From Prochlorococcus sp. AG-347-M23 (GTDB lineage: Bacteria; Cyanobacteriota; Cyanobacteriia; PCC-6307; Cyanobiaceae): 64,000 nt of DNA. The translations under genes were made by a program, and so were the position numbers. Below are positions 33,239 through 42,578 of the stretch, in pieces. The notes beneath the pieces are model-generated. The model searched no databases and was not told the DNA's origin. It was given only the letters and a program-made list of their open reading frames with translations. Where the stretch lies: contig QCCU01000006.1 of NCBI GenBank assembly GCA_003278855.1, forward strand, positions 1,578 through 65,577. The letters are read 5' to 3'. How positions within the stretch are numbered: position 1 is the first letter of the stretch; each line of letters begins with the position of its first letter.

Positions 33239-34348
33239 TTAAATCGCAAATCTATCTAAACTAAATTTTTCTAAAAAGCTTTTTTCTATTGCGTTTAGAT
33301 TTTTATTTTGAACTATTTTCAAAAGAAGATCACTGGTTATTGCAGAAAATAAAACTCCATTTCTGTAATGTCCTGTAGCTATGAAAAGATTTTCAATTTT
33401 TGATTTTCCAATTATTGGTTTCAGATCTGGTGTGCAAGGTCTAAATCCCCACCAATGTTCCATTTGTGGCCAATTAATAGCTTCTGGTAATAAGGAGCGA
33501 ATGCCTTCTTGCAGTTGCTTTATTCCATTAGGAGTATTGCCCTGATTAAATTTTGAATCTTTTTCAACTGTCGCTCCAACTATGATAAGTCCATCATCAC
33601 GGGGAACTAGATACGTTTTTGGACCAAAAATAACTCTTTTCAAAAAATTTGTTGGACCTTGTATTGAAAGCATTTGTCCTTTTACAGGAAAGACTGGAAT
33701 CTTATTAAAAATTTTTTTACTCCAAGCACCGCTGCATATAATTGCTTTTTCGCAGTTAATTTTTTTTATTTCCCCAGTGGCACATAAAACTCTTGCACCT
33801 GTAATTTTGTTTTTTTCGAATGTCAAATCCTCTACTTCTGATCCCTCTTCAAATTCGACTCCATTCAAGGAGCATGCTCTCTCAAGAGCACGCATCAGTT
33901 TTCTTCGGTTATCTATTTGACCATCTTGTTCAAAAAGTAAACCATGTTTCCAAATAGAATTCATTCCATTGATTTCTGTTTGAAGATCTTTGTGATTTAA
34001 ATATTTTCCATATTCATGAGTGGGAAACTCTTCAAGATCTTCTTTGTTTTTAAAAGGAACTACTATGCCACATTTTTTTAAACCGCATTTAATATGACTA
34101 TCTTGTTCAATACTTTGTATCCACTTTGGAATTAGATTCTGACTTTCTTGGCCAAATTTTAGTAATTCATCTTCGAGCCCTTCGGCATGAGTAGCTAACA
34201 TTCCTGCAGCAACAAATCCAGCTGATTCATTTCTGTTTTTGCTTAAAACTAAAACTTTGAAGTTATTTCTAGAAAATTCATAAGCAATAGATAAACCTAA
34301 AAGTCCACCTCCAATGATTAATATTGAATTTTTGGTTTCTTGTGCCAT
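33239..34348 (-). CDS. thiO: Glycine oxidase ThiO
   Basis: GGGLLG FAD motif, AAGML, PVKGQM, GFRP, TGHYRNG. Confidence 0.93.
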   Translation of the reverse strand: MAQETKNSILIIGGGLLGLSIAYEFSRNNFKVLVLSKNRNESAGFVAAGMLATHAEGLEDELLKFGQESQNLIPKWIQSIEQDSHIKCGLKKCGIVVPFKNKEDLEEFPTHEYGKYLNHKDLQTEINGMNSIWKHGLLFEQDGQIDNRRKLMRALERACSLNGVEFEEGSEVEDLTFEKNKITGARVLCATGEIKKINCEKAIICSGAWSKKIFNKIPVFPVKGQMLSIQGPTNFLKRVIFGPKTYLVPRDDGLIIVGATVEKDSKFNQGNTPNGIKQLQEGIRSLLPEAINWPQMEHWWGFRPCTPDLKPIIGKSKIENLFIATGHYRNGVLFSAITSDLLLKIVQNKNLNAIEKSFLEKFSLDRFAI

Positions 34349-34427
34349 TTAAAAATTAATATTTTTATTTGTGTTTTGGTCCTCTTTTCCTTTATATCCA
34401 ATAATATTAATAAAGAGACTTTTAATA

Positions 34428-35900
34428 ATGAACAATTTGGAATCTTGGGAAGCTGTGATTGGTTTGGAAACTCATGTACAGCTTAATACGAAAAGTAAAA
34501 TATTCACATCTGCGTCAACAGCTTTTGGTGATGCACCTAATACCCATATCGATCCTATAGTTTGTGGGTTACCAGGAACTCTTCCAGTTCTGAATGAGAC
34601 TGTTCTTGAGTATGCTGTAAAAACTTCGTTAGCATTAAATTTAAACGTTGCAGAACATTGTAAATTTGATAGAAAACAATATTTTTATCCTGATCTTCCT
34701 AAAAATTATCAAATTTCACAATTTGATGAGCCACTGGCTGAAAATGGTTGGTTAGATGTTGAAATAATTGAAAAGGACAAAGAACCTTATATCAAAAAAA
34801 TTGGTATAGAAAGGCTACATATGGAAGAAGACGCCGGAAAGCTAGTCCATTCAGGAAGTGATAGATTAGCTGGCTCTAAGTATTCTTTAGTTGATTATAA
34901 TCGTGCCGGAATAGCACTTTGTGAGATTGTAAGTAAACCAGATATTAGATCAGGTAAAGAGGCATCTGAATATGCTTCAGAGATTAGAAGAACAGTTAGA
35001 TATCTAGGTGTATCAGACGGAAATATGCAAGAGGGTTCATTACGCTGCGATGTCAATATTTCAGTTAGAAAAGGACCCAATGCTCCTTTTGGCACCAAAG
35101 TGGAAATAAAAAATATGAATTCATTTTCTGCAATTCAAAAGGCTTGTGATTATGAAATAGCCAGACAAATAGAAGTTTATGAAAATGGAGGAAAAATTTT
35201 CCAAGAAACAAGGTTATGGGATGAAGCTAAGCAATTAACGAAAAGTATGAGATTAAAAGAAGGTAGCAGTGACTATAGATATTTTCCTGATCCTGACTTA
35301 GGTCCAATTGAAATAACAAAAGCCCAACAAGAAATATGGTTTAAAGAACTACCAGAATTACCTTCAAAGAAAAGATATAAATACGTAAGTCAATTTGGGT
35401 TGTCTGCATATGATGCAAGGGTAATTTCTGATGAAATAAGCATGGCAAACTTTTTTGAACAAACAGTAGCAAATGGTGCTGAGGCTAAATTAGCTTCAAA
35501 TTGGGTAACAAGTGATATTGTGGGCTATTTAAAATCAAACAAACTAAGTTTTAGTGAATTAAAGCTTAGTCCTGAAAATCTTGCTGAAATGATTAACATG
35601 ATTTCAAAAAATATAATTAGTGGAAAAATTGCAAAAGAAATTTTACCTGAACTTATTCAAAAAAATATTTCCCCGAAAAAATTAGTTGAAGAAAAAGGGT
35701 TGGCAATGATATCTGATTCTTCAAGTATTTCACCAATAATTGATGAACTTATAAATGAACATCCAAATGAAGTTCAAGCATTTAAAAATGGCAAAACTAA
35801 GTTACTTGGTTTTTTTGTTGGTCAACTTATGAAAAGAACAAAAGGTAAAGCTGACCCTAAACTTGCAAATAAACTTCTTATGGAAAAATTAAATAGCTAA
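34428..35900 (+). CDS. gatB: Asp/Glu-tRNA amidotransferase subunit B
   Basis: VIGLETHVQL, LHMEEDAGK, YRYFPDPDL; start trimmed to ATG 34428. Confidence 0.97.
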   Translation: MNNLESWEAVIGLETHVQLNTKSKIFTSASTAFGDAPNTHIDPIVCGLPGTLPVLNETVLEYAVKTSLALNLNVAEHCKFDRKQYFYPDLPKNYQISQFDEPLAENGWLDVEIIEKDKEPYIKKIGIERLHMEEDAGKLVHSGSDRLAGSKYSLVDYNRAGIALCEIVSKPDIRSGKEASEYASEIRRTVRYLGVSDGNMQEGSLRCDVNISVRKGPNAPFGTKVEIKNMNSFSAIQKACDYEIARQIEVYENGGKIFQETRLWDEAKQLTKSMRLKEGSSDYRYFPDPDLGPIEITKAQQEIWFKELPELPSKKRYKYVSQFGLSAYDARVISDEISMANFFEQTVANGAEAKLASNWVTSDIVGYLKSNKLSFSELKLSPENLAEMINMISKNIISGKIAKEILPELIQKNISPKKLVEEKGLAMISDSSSISPIIDELINEHPNEVQAFKNGKTKLLGFFVGQLMKRTKGKADPKLANKLLMEKLNS

Positions 35901-35903
35901 AGC

Positions 35904-36521
35904 TTAAAGAAGCTCTTTTATCGTATTGATCCATTTATTTTGATCATCTGAATTCTCTAAAATAATATCTGAGAATTTACTTTTTTCTTCAAAACTTAAT
36001 TGAAAATTTATCAATTCATACGCTTCTTTTTCGCTAATTTTATCTCTTGTGATAAGTCTGTTTTTTTGTATTTCTTTAGGACATTTAACTAACCATATTT
36101 CAGTGCAAATATCTTCAAATTTTGCTTCAAATAATAATGGAATAGCCAATACTATAGTTTGATTATTTCTGTATTGACTGCATTCTTCTATCATTCTTTC
36201 TTTAATTAAGGGGTGAAGTAGTTTTTCAATCCATTCCTTGCTTGCTGAATGTTTAAAAATAATGTTCCTTAAAAGTTTTCTGTTTATTTCCCTTTCTGAA
36301 TTGCTTTTATTATCAATAATTTTATTTCCAAAATAATCTAAAATTTTCTTATATCCATATGTGTTTGGTTTGATTAATTCTCTTGAAAAATGATCTGCAT
36401 CTAATATTGGTATGTTTTTATGTTTTCTTATGTAATTAGTTATGGTTGTCTTCCCACTTGCAATACCTCCTGTTAATCCAATCCTTCTTTGGTTGTTTTT
36501 TAATTTTTGAAGAATATCCAT
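35904..36521 (-). CDS. coaE: Dephospho-CoA kinase
   Basis: IGLTGGIASGKTT, LDAD, INRKLL, IPLLFE. Confidence 0.95.
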   Translation of the reverse strand: MDILQKLKNNQRRIGLTGGIASGKTTITNYIRKHKNIPILDADHFSRELIKPNTYGYKKILDYFGNKIIDNKSNSEREINRKLLRNIIFKHSASKEWIEKLLHPLIKERMIEECSQYRNNQTIVLAIPLLFEAKFEDICTEIWLVKCPKEIQKNRLITRDKISEKEAYELINFQLSFEEKSKFSDIILENSDDQNKWINTIKELL

Positions 36522-36597
36522 ATAATTAATAATAATCTAATTACTTAGTTTCTTTAGTATTAAAGAGTAGTTAGTATGAATAAAAATACCAAAAAGT

Positions 36598-37836
36598 TTG
36601 AGCCAGTTAGATTCCAGTTGGTCGTTTGTTGATGACAGTAAGGTAACACCCAAGGGGTTTCTTTTTGCTGGGATATCTGCTGGTTTAAAAGCTTCTAATA
36701 AAAAAGATTTAGCACTAATACTCGCTCCAGAAGGAAGTATTTTTAGTGGGATGTTTACCCAATCAATAGTTCGAGCTTCTTGTGTGGATATTTGTGAGGA
36801 AAGGATTAAAACAACTTCAGGTTTTGTAAGAGCAATACTAATTAATTCTGGTCAAGCAAATGCATGTACAGGAAATCTTGGTATTCAACATTTTCAAATT
36901 GCTACAGGAAAGATTGCGGAACTTTTAGGAATAAAAGAAGAAGAAGTTTTAATGTGCTCAACTGGTGTAATTGGTGTTCCAATACAAATAAATGATTTAG
37001 TAAAAAATTTACCGAATTTAGTTAGTGATTTAAAGGGTAATAATTTTGAAAATGCAGCAGAAGCAATTTTAACTACTGACTTGACTTTGAAAAAAGTGTC
37101 AATAGAGACGGTTATTCAAGGTAGAAAAATAAAAATAGCAGGATTTGCAAAAGGTTCAGGAATGATTTACCCCAACATGGCTACAATGCTTGCTTTTCTA
37201 ACCTGTGATGCGGGTATTCAAAAAGAAGAATGGGACAAAATGATTACTATTGCGGTTCAAAAATCTTTTAATGCAATATCAGTAGATGGAGAGACAAGCA
37301 CAAATGATTCTTTTGTTGGAATAAATGCAGGAGAAAAAATTGAAAAAAGGTTTTTTCCAATTATCCAACAAGGGATTGATATTGTATGTCAGAACTTGGC
37401 AAAAAATATTGCAAGGGATGGAGAGGGAGCAAATTGTTTATTAGAAGTTTTGGTTCAAGGAGCAAAAAATACAGATGATGCAATTATGCTCGCGAAATCT
37501 ATTTGTAATTCTGCCTTGGTAAAAACTGCGATACATGGTTGTGATCCAAATTGGGGACGAATCATTTCTGCTGCAGGTAATTCTGGAGTTGAATTTAATT
37601 TAGATGACTTTGACTTGTATATAGGAAACGCTCACATTTTGGAAAAAGGCCAGTTAAATAAATATGATCCACAAAAAGTCACAGACTATATTAAGTCCAG
37701 AATGAAAGGTAGATATTTGGTAGATGATATTGTAAAAATTATGATTAATTTAAATTCTGGCGAATCGAAAGGCACAGCTTGGGGGTGCGATCTTTCTAAA
37801 AAATATGTTGAAATCAATAGCGAATATACTACTTAA
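36598..37836 (+). CDS. argJ: Bifunctional ornithine acetyltransferase/N-acetylglutamate synthase
   Basis: KGSGMIYPNMATMLAFL autocleavage site, DGETSTND, DGEGA, NSEYTT. Confidence 0.97.
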   Translation: MSQLDSSWSFVDDSKVTPKGFLFAGISAGLKASNKKDLALILAPEGSIFSGMFTQSIVRASCVDICEERIKTTSGFVRAILINSGQANACTGNLGIQHFQIATGKIAELLGIKEEEVLMCSTGVIGVPIQINDLVKNLPNLVSDLKGNNFENAAEAILTTDLTLKKVSIETVIQGRKIKIAGFAKGSGMIYPNMATMLAFLTCDAGIQKEEWDKMITIAVQKSFNAISVDGETSTNDSFVGINAGEKIEKRFFPIIQQGIDIVCQNLAKNIARDGEGANCLLEVLVQGAKNTDDAIMLAKSICNSALVKTAIHGCDPNWGRIISAAGNSGVEFNLDDFDLYIGNAHILEKGQLNKYDPQKVTDYIKSRMKGRYLVDDIVKIMINLNSGESKGTAWGCDLSKKYVEINSEYTT

Positions 37837-38071
37837 GTTTTAGTAAATCTAATGGTAGATATTCATTAATATATAGAAACAGTATTGTTAAAGTTCCAAT
37901 TACAGAGCCTATAAAACCTCCAAAAAAATTAACTAATAATCCAGATTGTCTAATTATTGCTTCTTCTTTTTTTTCTTCTTCAAAATTAGGAGAATCAACT
38001 ACTTTTAAGCGCTTATTGGTTGTTGGTTGTTTAAGTTGTTGGTGTCGGATGAGGGCTTCGAAATCAGGCAT
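37829..38071 (-). CDS. Small protein with C-terminal TM helix, putative partner of the adjacent ParA-like ATPase
   Basis: 80 aa from ATG 38071 (ORF track extends to 38095); basic/polar N-terminus, acidic linker, hydrophobic segment GLLVNFFGGFIGSVIGTLTILFLYI. Confidence 0.7.
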   Translation of the reverse strand: MPDFEALIRHQQLKQPTTNKRLKVVDSPNFEEEKKEEAIIRQSGLLVNFFGGFIGSVIGTLTILFLYINEYLPLDLLKLK

Positions 38072-38676
38072 GGAATTTGTGAGGCAATTGAACAATAAGC
38101 AGACCAGCCCGTCATTCGACGAGGATCTGATCTGCCTAAATCGTCTACAGCTTCAAAAACAGCATTGCCAGAGGCTTCTGCTTTATCAAATGCTGAGAGT
38201 AAGGGTATAAATGTATCAAAAACATATAAACCAAAATTTTCTAGAGCTGCTTTGGCTTGTTGCGCTGCTTTTTGCTGTCTAAAATCAACTTTTACTATTA
38301 CTACAGCATGGTTAACTTTTAAGTTTCTTAATAAATTAGCTAGTTCAACAGTTAATTCTACTGATCTTGCTTTTGCAGTTGTAGGTAAGATAACTAAATC
38401 TGAACCATACGCTAAGTGTTTAAGTTCTTCTTGATCACTGCTCGCCTGGCCATCAGTTATTACAATTTCTGATGATCTTGATGCTTTAGCAGCTGAATTG
38501 ACGGGGAAAACTGGAAATGGAAGATTGCCTCTTGATGCGTATGCTAAAGCAGATCTGTTCTTGTCGGCATCGACTATGCAAACTTTTTTACCTTCGGAAT
38601 GCCAAACACTCGCAAGGTGAATACTTGTACAGGTCTTGGCCACGCCCCCTTTTTGTCCGCAAACGGTAATGAACAA
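38005..38676 (-). CDS. Short ParA-family ATPase (no N-terminal HTH)
   Basis: Deviant Walker A GQKGGVAKT, VDADKNRSA, ITDGQA, DLVILPT; TTG start. Confidence 0.92.
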   Translation of the reverse strand: MFITVCGQKGGVAKTCTSIHLASVWHSEGKKVCIVDADKNRSALAYASRGNLPFPVFPVNSAAKASRSSEIVITDGQASSDQEELKHLAYGSDLVILPTTAKARSVELTVELANLLRNLKVNHAVVIVKVDFRQQKAAQQAKAALENFGLYVFDTFIPLLSAFDKAEASGNAVFEAVDDLGRSDPRRMTGWSAYCSIASQIPCLISKPSSDTNNLNNQQPISA

Positions 38677-38826
38677 TTTTTTATTTTTATTTCTCTTACT
38701 TTGGAGAATAATTTCTTAATGTCAAGAGAAATTGATTTTTAATGCTTTAAAACTTATTTTTTGAAATATTTTAAAGAAGTTAATTTTTTTAGATAACCTT
38801 ATAAAGTTCCTTATTTAAATTGGCTA

Positions 38827-39789
38827 GTGAAGAAAAGAATTGGATTAGGTACGTGGTCTTGGGGGAATAAGCTTTTCTGGAATTACCAATCTACAAATGA
38901 CGATGATTTACGTGAGACATATGATGAAGCGTTACGAAGAGGTTTCGATCTAATTGATACTGCAGATTCTTATGGTACTGGGAATCTTCAGGGCAGAAGT
39001 GAATTGTTGATAGGAAAATTTCTACTAAATACTCCTTCAGCAAAGAAAAAAAGAATTCAAGTAGCAACTAAACTTGCACCTTATCCCTGGAGAATAGGTG
39101 ACAGAGGCTTCAATAAACCTTTTTTGAAAAGTTTAGAGAGACTTAATAACAAATTAGATATAGTGCAATTACATTGGTCAACTGCAAAATACAATCCTTG
39201 GCAGGAATTAGGGCTGTTGAATAATCTTTGCGATTTAAAAGATGAAGGCTTTGATTTTCAAATAGGCTTATCAAATATAGGCCCTAAAAGATTGATGAAA
39301 TTAATTAATTTCTTAGCAAAAAGAGATCAGCAGCTAAAGAGTGTTCAAATACAGTTTTCTTTGCTTGCTCCCGATTTAGGAAAACAATATCAGGTAAAAA
39401 AAATTTGCGACGAAAATAATATTGATTTCTTTGCTTATAGTCCTTTGTCCTTTGGAATACTTTGTATTGATCCAGATAATGAAGAAAATAAAGAAAAAAG
39501 TTTCATTCGTAATTCCTTATTTGAAAACTATAAAAAACCAACATATGAATTGCGGAGGTGTCTAAAAAGAATTGCGCATCAAAGATCAGTTTCCCAAGCG
39601 CAAGTAGCAATTAATTGGTGTTGTTATCAAGGAACTATTCCACTAGTTGGAATGCGAAAAAAATCTCAAGTTATAGATGTATCTAATGTATTTAATTGGA
39701 ATTTAAAAAAAAATGAATTTAAAGTACTTCAGGAAGTTTCAAAAAAATGTTTAAAAAAAATGCCGAAAAATCCTTTTTCGAGTAATTAA
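38827..39789 (+). CDS. Aldo/keto reductase
   Basis: GLGTWSWG, DTADSYG, ATK, QLHW, AYSPL. Confidence 0.92.
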   Translation: MKKRIGLGTWSWGNKLFWNYQSTNDDDLRETYDEALRRGFDLIDTADSYGTGNLQGRSELLIGKFLLNTPSAKKKRIQVATKLAPYPWRIGDRGFNKPFLKSLERLNNKLDIVQLHWSTAKYNPWQELGLLNNLCDLKDEGFDFQIGLSNIGPKRLMKLINFLAKRDQQLKSVQIQFSLLAPDLGKQYQVKKICDENNIDFFAYSPLSFGILCIDPDNEENKEKSFIRNSLFENYKKPTYELRRCLKRIAHQRSVSQAQVAINWCCYQGTIPLVGMRKKSQVIDVSNVFNWNLKKNEFKVLQEVSKKCLKKMPKNPFSSN

Positions 39790-39796
39790 AAAAATT

Positions 39797-39934
39797 TTAG
39801 CTAGATATTTTCTTATTTTTTTTGATTTGACAACCACTATTCCATAGTTCATTAGGAAATTTTTCACCAGTGAATCTAATAACTTTCGGTTTGAGATTTA
39901 TTATCAAGTCATTTAGTTTTTTATTAGATTCCAT
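39797..39934 (-). CDS. Small hypothetical protein (45 aa, not in ORF track)
   Basis: My translation MESNKKLNDLIINLKPKVIRFTGEKFPNELWNSGCQIKKNKKISS. Confidence 0.4.
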   Translation of the reverse strand: MESNKKLNDLIINLKPKVIRFTGEKFPNELWNSGCQIKKNKKISS

Positions 39935-40088
39935 TTTGCAAGATTGGATTTCTTAATAAGATAAATTAATTTAAAACTTATCTTCTCAGTATTTATACTT
40001 ATAAAATTAAAAAAATTCTTTTTAATACAAGTAATTGCAGCAATATTTACATACTCATAAATTATCTACTACAACTTCTTAGTTATTT

Positions 40089-40114
40089 AAAAAAGTGGAG
40101 TCCTTCCAGACTCC
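40089..40114 (-). terminator. Intrinsic terminator after the tmRNA coding piece
   Basis: Minus strand GGAGTC-TGGAAG-GACTCC hairpin, then AC and T6. Confidence 0.75.
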
Positions 40115-40345
40115 TAGTATCATTTGGTTGATAAGGCTGATATGACCCCATCTCCTTTAGGATCAAGCAGCAACTGGTGCTGTTTGACGGGAGAAACTAA
40201 CGATTTTGTTAGCATTTGTGTTTTTGCTCTAACCGAGCCGGCTTCAGTCATCTTCCTTATGCCCCGTCGAAACCATTACAACCCCAAATAGTGGAGTTGA
40301 GCGGAATCGAACCGCTGTCCGAAACATCGGTTGAGATCACCTAGT
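40096..40345 (-). ncRNA. ssrA: Circularly permuted (two-piece) tmRNA
   Basis: Acceptor piece with T-arm AGCGG-TTCGATT-CCGCT and CAACTCC-A (ends 40292) lies upstream of the 5' end GGGGTTGTAATGGTTTCGAC (starts 40285); G3-U70 pair; tag frame present; outer boundaries approximate. Confidence 0.95.
40163..40213 (-). other. tmRNA tag reading frame ANKIVSFSRQTAPVAA-stop
   Basis: GCT AAC AAA ATC GTT AGT TTC TCC CGT CAA ACA GCA CCA GTT GCT GCT TGA. Confidence 0.92.
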
Positions 40346-40415
40346 CCAATTGGACATTTATATTCTGACAGGCAAAATGGTTATTGAATAGTTTTTTTAC
40401 TAAGTTTTATCGTAT

Positions 40416-41540
40416 ATGAATGTAGTGGCATCATCTCCGGAGGGACTAGAGAAATCTTTAGCAGAAGAAATTTCAAATTTAGGCGGCTTTAATATTAATA
40501 CTTATAAAAGATTTATTAATTTTGAATGCGATCTTGAAACTTTTTATAGGGTTCATTTCTATTCCAGATTAGCTTTTCGTTTTTATAGAGAAATTGCAAG
40601 TTTTAATTGCTATGACAAGCAATCTTTATATGCGGGGGTTAGAGATTCATTTGATTGGTTAAATTGGTTGCACTTTGATAAAACGTTTAATGTTCAAGTG
40701 ACTGGGAGAACATCTGCTTTAAGTCATACTCATTTCACTGCTCTTGAAGTAAAAAATTCTATAACTGATTTGCAACAGGCAGTTTGGAATAAAAGATCAA
40801 ATATTTCTCTAGCTAATCCTGATTTTATAATTCATCTGCATTTAAATAATAATAAAGCAATTCTCAGTCTTCAAAGCAGCGTTGAAAGCTTACACAAAAG
40901 AGGCTATAGACCCGCAATTGGAAATGCTCCATTAAAAGAAAATTTAGCTTCTGGATTGATAAATATGACTCAATGGAATGGCAAAGTTCCATTAATAGAT
41001 TTTATGTGCGGCTCGGGAACTTTTTTAATTGAGGCAGTCAACCAATACCTTGGAGTTCCCATAAATATTGATCAAGTATATCTTTTTGAGAATTGGTTGG
41101 ACTTTAGGAAAGATATTTATCTTAAAGAAAAAAATAAGGTAAAAAATAAAATTATAAATTATGAAAAATTGCCAATAATAATAGGATGTGAAATTAATAA
41201 AAAGGTTTATGAGCAGGCGAATGTAAACATATCATTAGCTGGATTAGAAAATTATATTGAGCTTATAAATAATGATTTTTTAGCACTCCAATTAAGTTGC
41301 ACACCTGGGATAATCATATGTAATCCTCCATACGGCAAAAAATTAGGCGATGAAAAGGAATTGATTTATTTATATGAACAAATGGGAATCTTCCTAAAGA
41401 ATAATTTTTCAGGTTGGGAATTTTGGTTGCTAAGTGGAAATCCAAAACTAACAAAATATTTGAAAATGAAATCTTCATTGAAAATTCCTGTTAGTAATGG
41501 TGGAATAGATTGTAGATGGATAAAGTATTTAATAAGGTAA
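40416..41540 (+). CDS. THUMP-domain RNA methyltransferase (RlmL-like)
   Basis: THUMP region, HKRGYR, APLKENLA, DFMCGSGTFLIEA, CNPPYG. Confidence 0.92.
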   Translation: MNVVASSPEGLEKSLAEEISNLGGFNINTYKRFINFECDLETFYRVHFYSRLAFRFYREIASFNCYDKQSLYAGVRDSFDWLNWLHFDKTFNVQVTGRTSALSHTHFTALEVKNSITDLQQAVWNKRSNISLANPDFIIHLHLNNNKAILSLQSSVESLHKRGYRPAIGNAPLKENLASGLINMTQWNGKVPLIDFMCGSGTFLIEAVNQYLGVPINIDQVYLFENWLDFRKDIYLKEKNKVKNKIINYEKLPIIIGCEINKKVYEQANVNISLAGLENYIELINNDFLALQLSCTPGIIICNPPYGKKLGDEKELIYLYEQMGIFLKNNFSGWEFWLLSGNPKLTKYLKMKSSLKIPVSNGGIDCRWIKYLIR

Positions 41541-41541
41541 T

Positions 41542-41943
41542 TTATTTTTTGCCTAAAACGGCTTTTGTTGTCTTGCCTAAACCCTCTAATGTTTGAGGAA
41601 GATATGGTCCTTTGGCTAATTTTCCTCCAAGTTTTAAACTTAAGCCTGCAAGAACTAAATCGATAAATATTATGAGTAATAAATTATATTCAATATTCCA
41701 GTTATTATATTTTGTTAGAAAAAGGTAGAAAATAATATGGATGCAAATTAGTACTAATAATAATAATGTGCTGCCAATTGCCAAAAATATTCCACCACTA
41801 ATTAATCTTCTTTTTTCTCTATCTACTTCTTGAAGAGCTATTCTTACATGCAAATCCATAACTGAACTTGCAATAGCTGAAATTCTGGAGGCGGTATTTG
41901 CAAAGTTTTTATTTTTTGGTTTTTCCATATTATTTTCTACCAC
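41542..41943 (-). CDS. YqjE-like / holin-superfamily III membrane protein
   Basis: LHVRIALQE before two TM helices, then YLPQTLEGL. Confidence 0.75.
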   Translation of the reverse strand: MVENNMEKPKNKNFANTASRISAIASSVMDLHVRIALQEVDREKRRLISGGIFLAIGSTLLLLVLICIHIIFYLFLTKYNNWNIEYNLLLIIFIDLVLAGLSLKLGGKLAKGPYLPQTLEGLGKTTKAVLGKK

Positions 41944-42391
41944 TGTTTAGGAGCGTTCCTATTAGTAAACCAATACCAGCCGCAATAGCAATAGATAATA
42001 ATGGTTTTTTTCTTATAGGACTTTCTATTTTTGGTCTAAGTGTATCGTTAAGTTCTTCTAATAATTCTTCTAATTGACTTTCTATAGGCTCAATTTTTTC
42101 TGATATTTCCCAATTGTTTTCTCTTATTGAATCAAATATTTCAAATAGTTGGCTTTTTATTCTAATTGCTGAGGTTCCACTATGGCTTGCTATTACTTCA
42201 ACTAAATCGTCAATACTGCCTTTTGTGGCTTCAAGGGTTTGTTGTGCAATGTTAGGCCATTTTTCTTTTATTAAAGGTATTAAACTGTCAATTTTTTCGA
42301 GTAACCATTTTTCCGAGAGAACCTCTCTTTCAGGAAGATTAGAGTTATCTTCTTTATCTTCTACTTCTTTGGGAGGATGGTAAGTCTCCAT
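41930..42391 (-). CDS. DUF883/YqjD-like tail-anchored protein
   Basis: C-terminal IRKKPLLSIAIAAGIGLLIGTLLNSGRK; central IKEKWPNI...TKGSIDDLV segment resembles CsbD/YjbJ. Confidence 0.7.
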   Translation of the reverse strand: METYHPPKEVEDKEDNSNLPEREVLSEKWLLEKIDSLIPLIKEKWPNIAQQTLEATKGSIDDLVEVIASHSGTSAIRIKSQLFEIFDSIRENNWEISEKIEPIESQLEELLEELNDTLRPKIESPIRKKPLLSIAIAAGIGLLIGTLLNSGRK

Positions 42392-42578
42392 TATTCAAAC
42401 TTATTTATTTTAAGATTAGACCCATTTTCTTAATTTGGAACCCTTATCTAAATAATTGTGGGATTTATATAGAATAAAAACATATAAAAGTTTATTTACA
42501 TTTTATTTATCTACTCTGTTCTGCAAGAAGCTTTTGTTAAGCTATTACTGGAATTATTAAATGAGTTTAAATTTCATC

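Noticed and set aside
40344-40355. Perfect palindrome GTCCAATTGGAC at the ssrA 5' region
   Set aside because: A single 12-bp palindrome near the presumed transcript start; no evidence to assign it as an operator
41542-41943. Prophage lysis gene, because of the holin-family label
   Set aside because: No endolysin or phage genes; the context matches a cellular YqjD/YqjE pair
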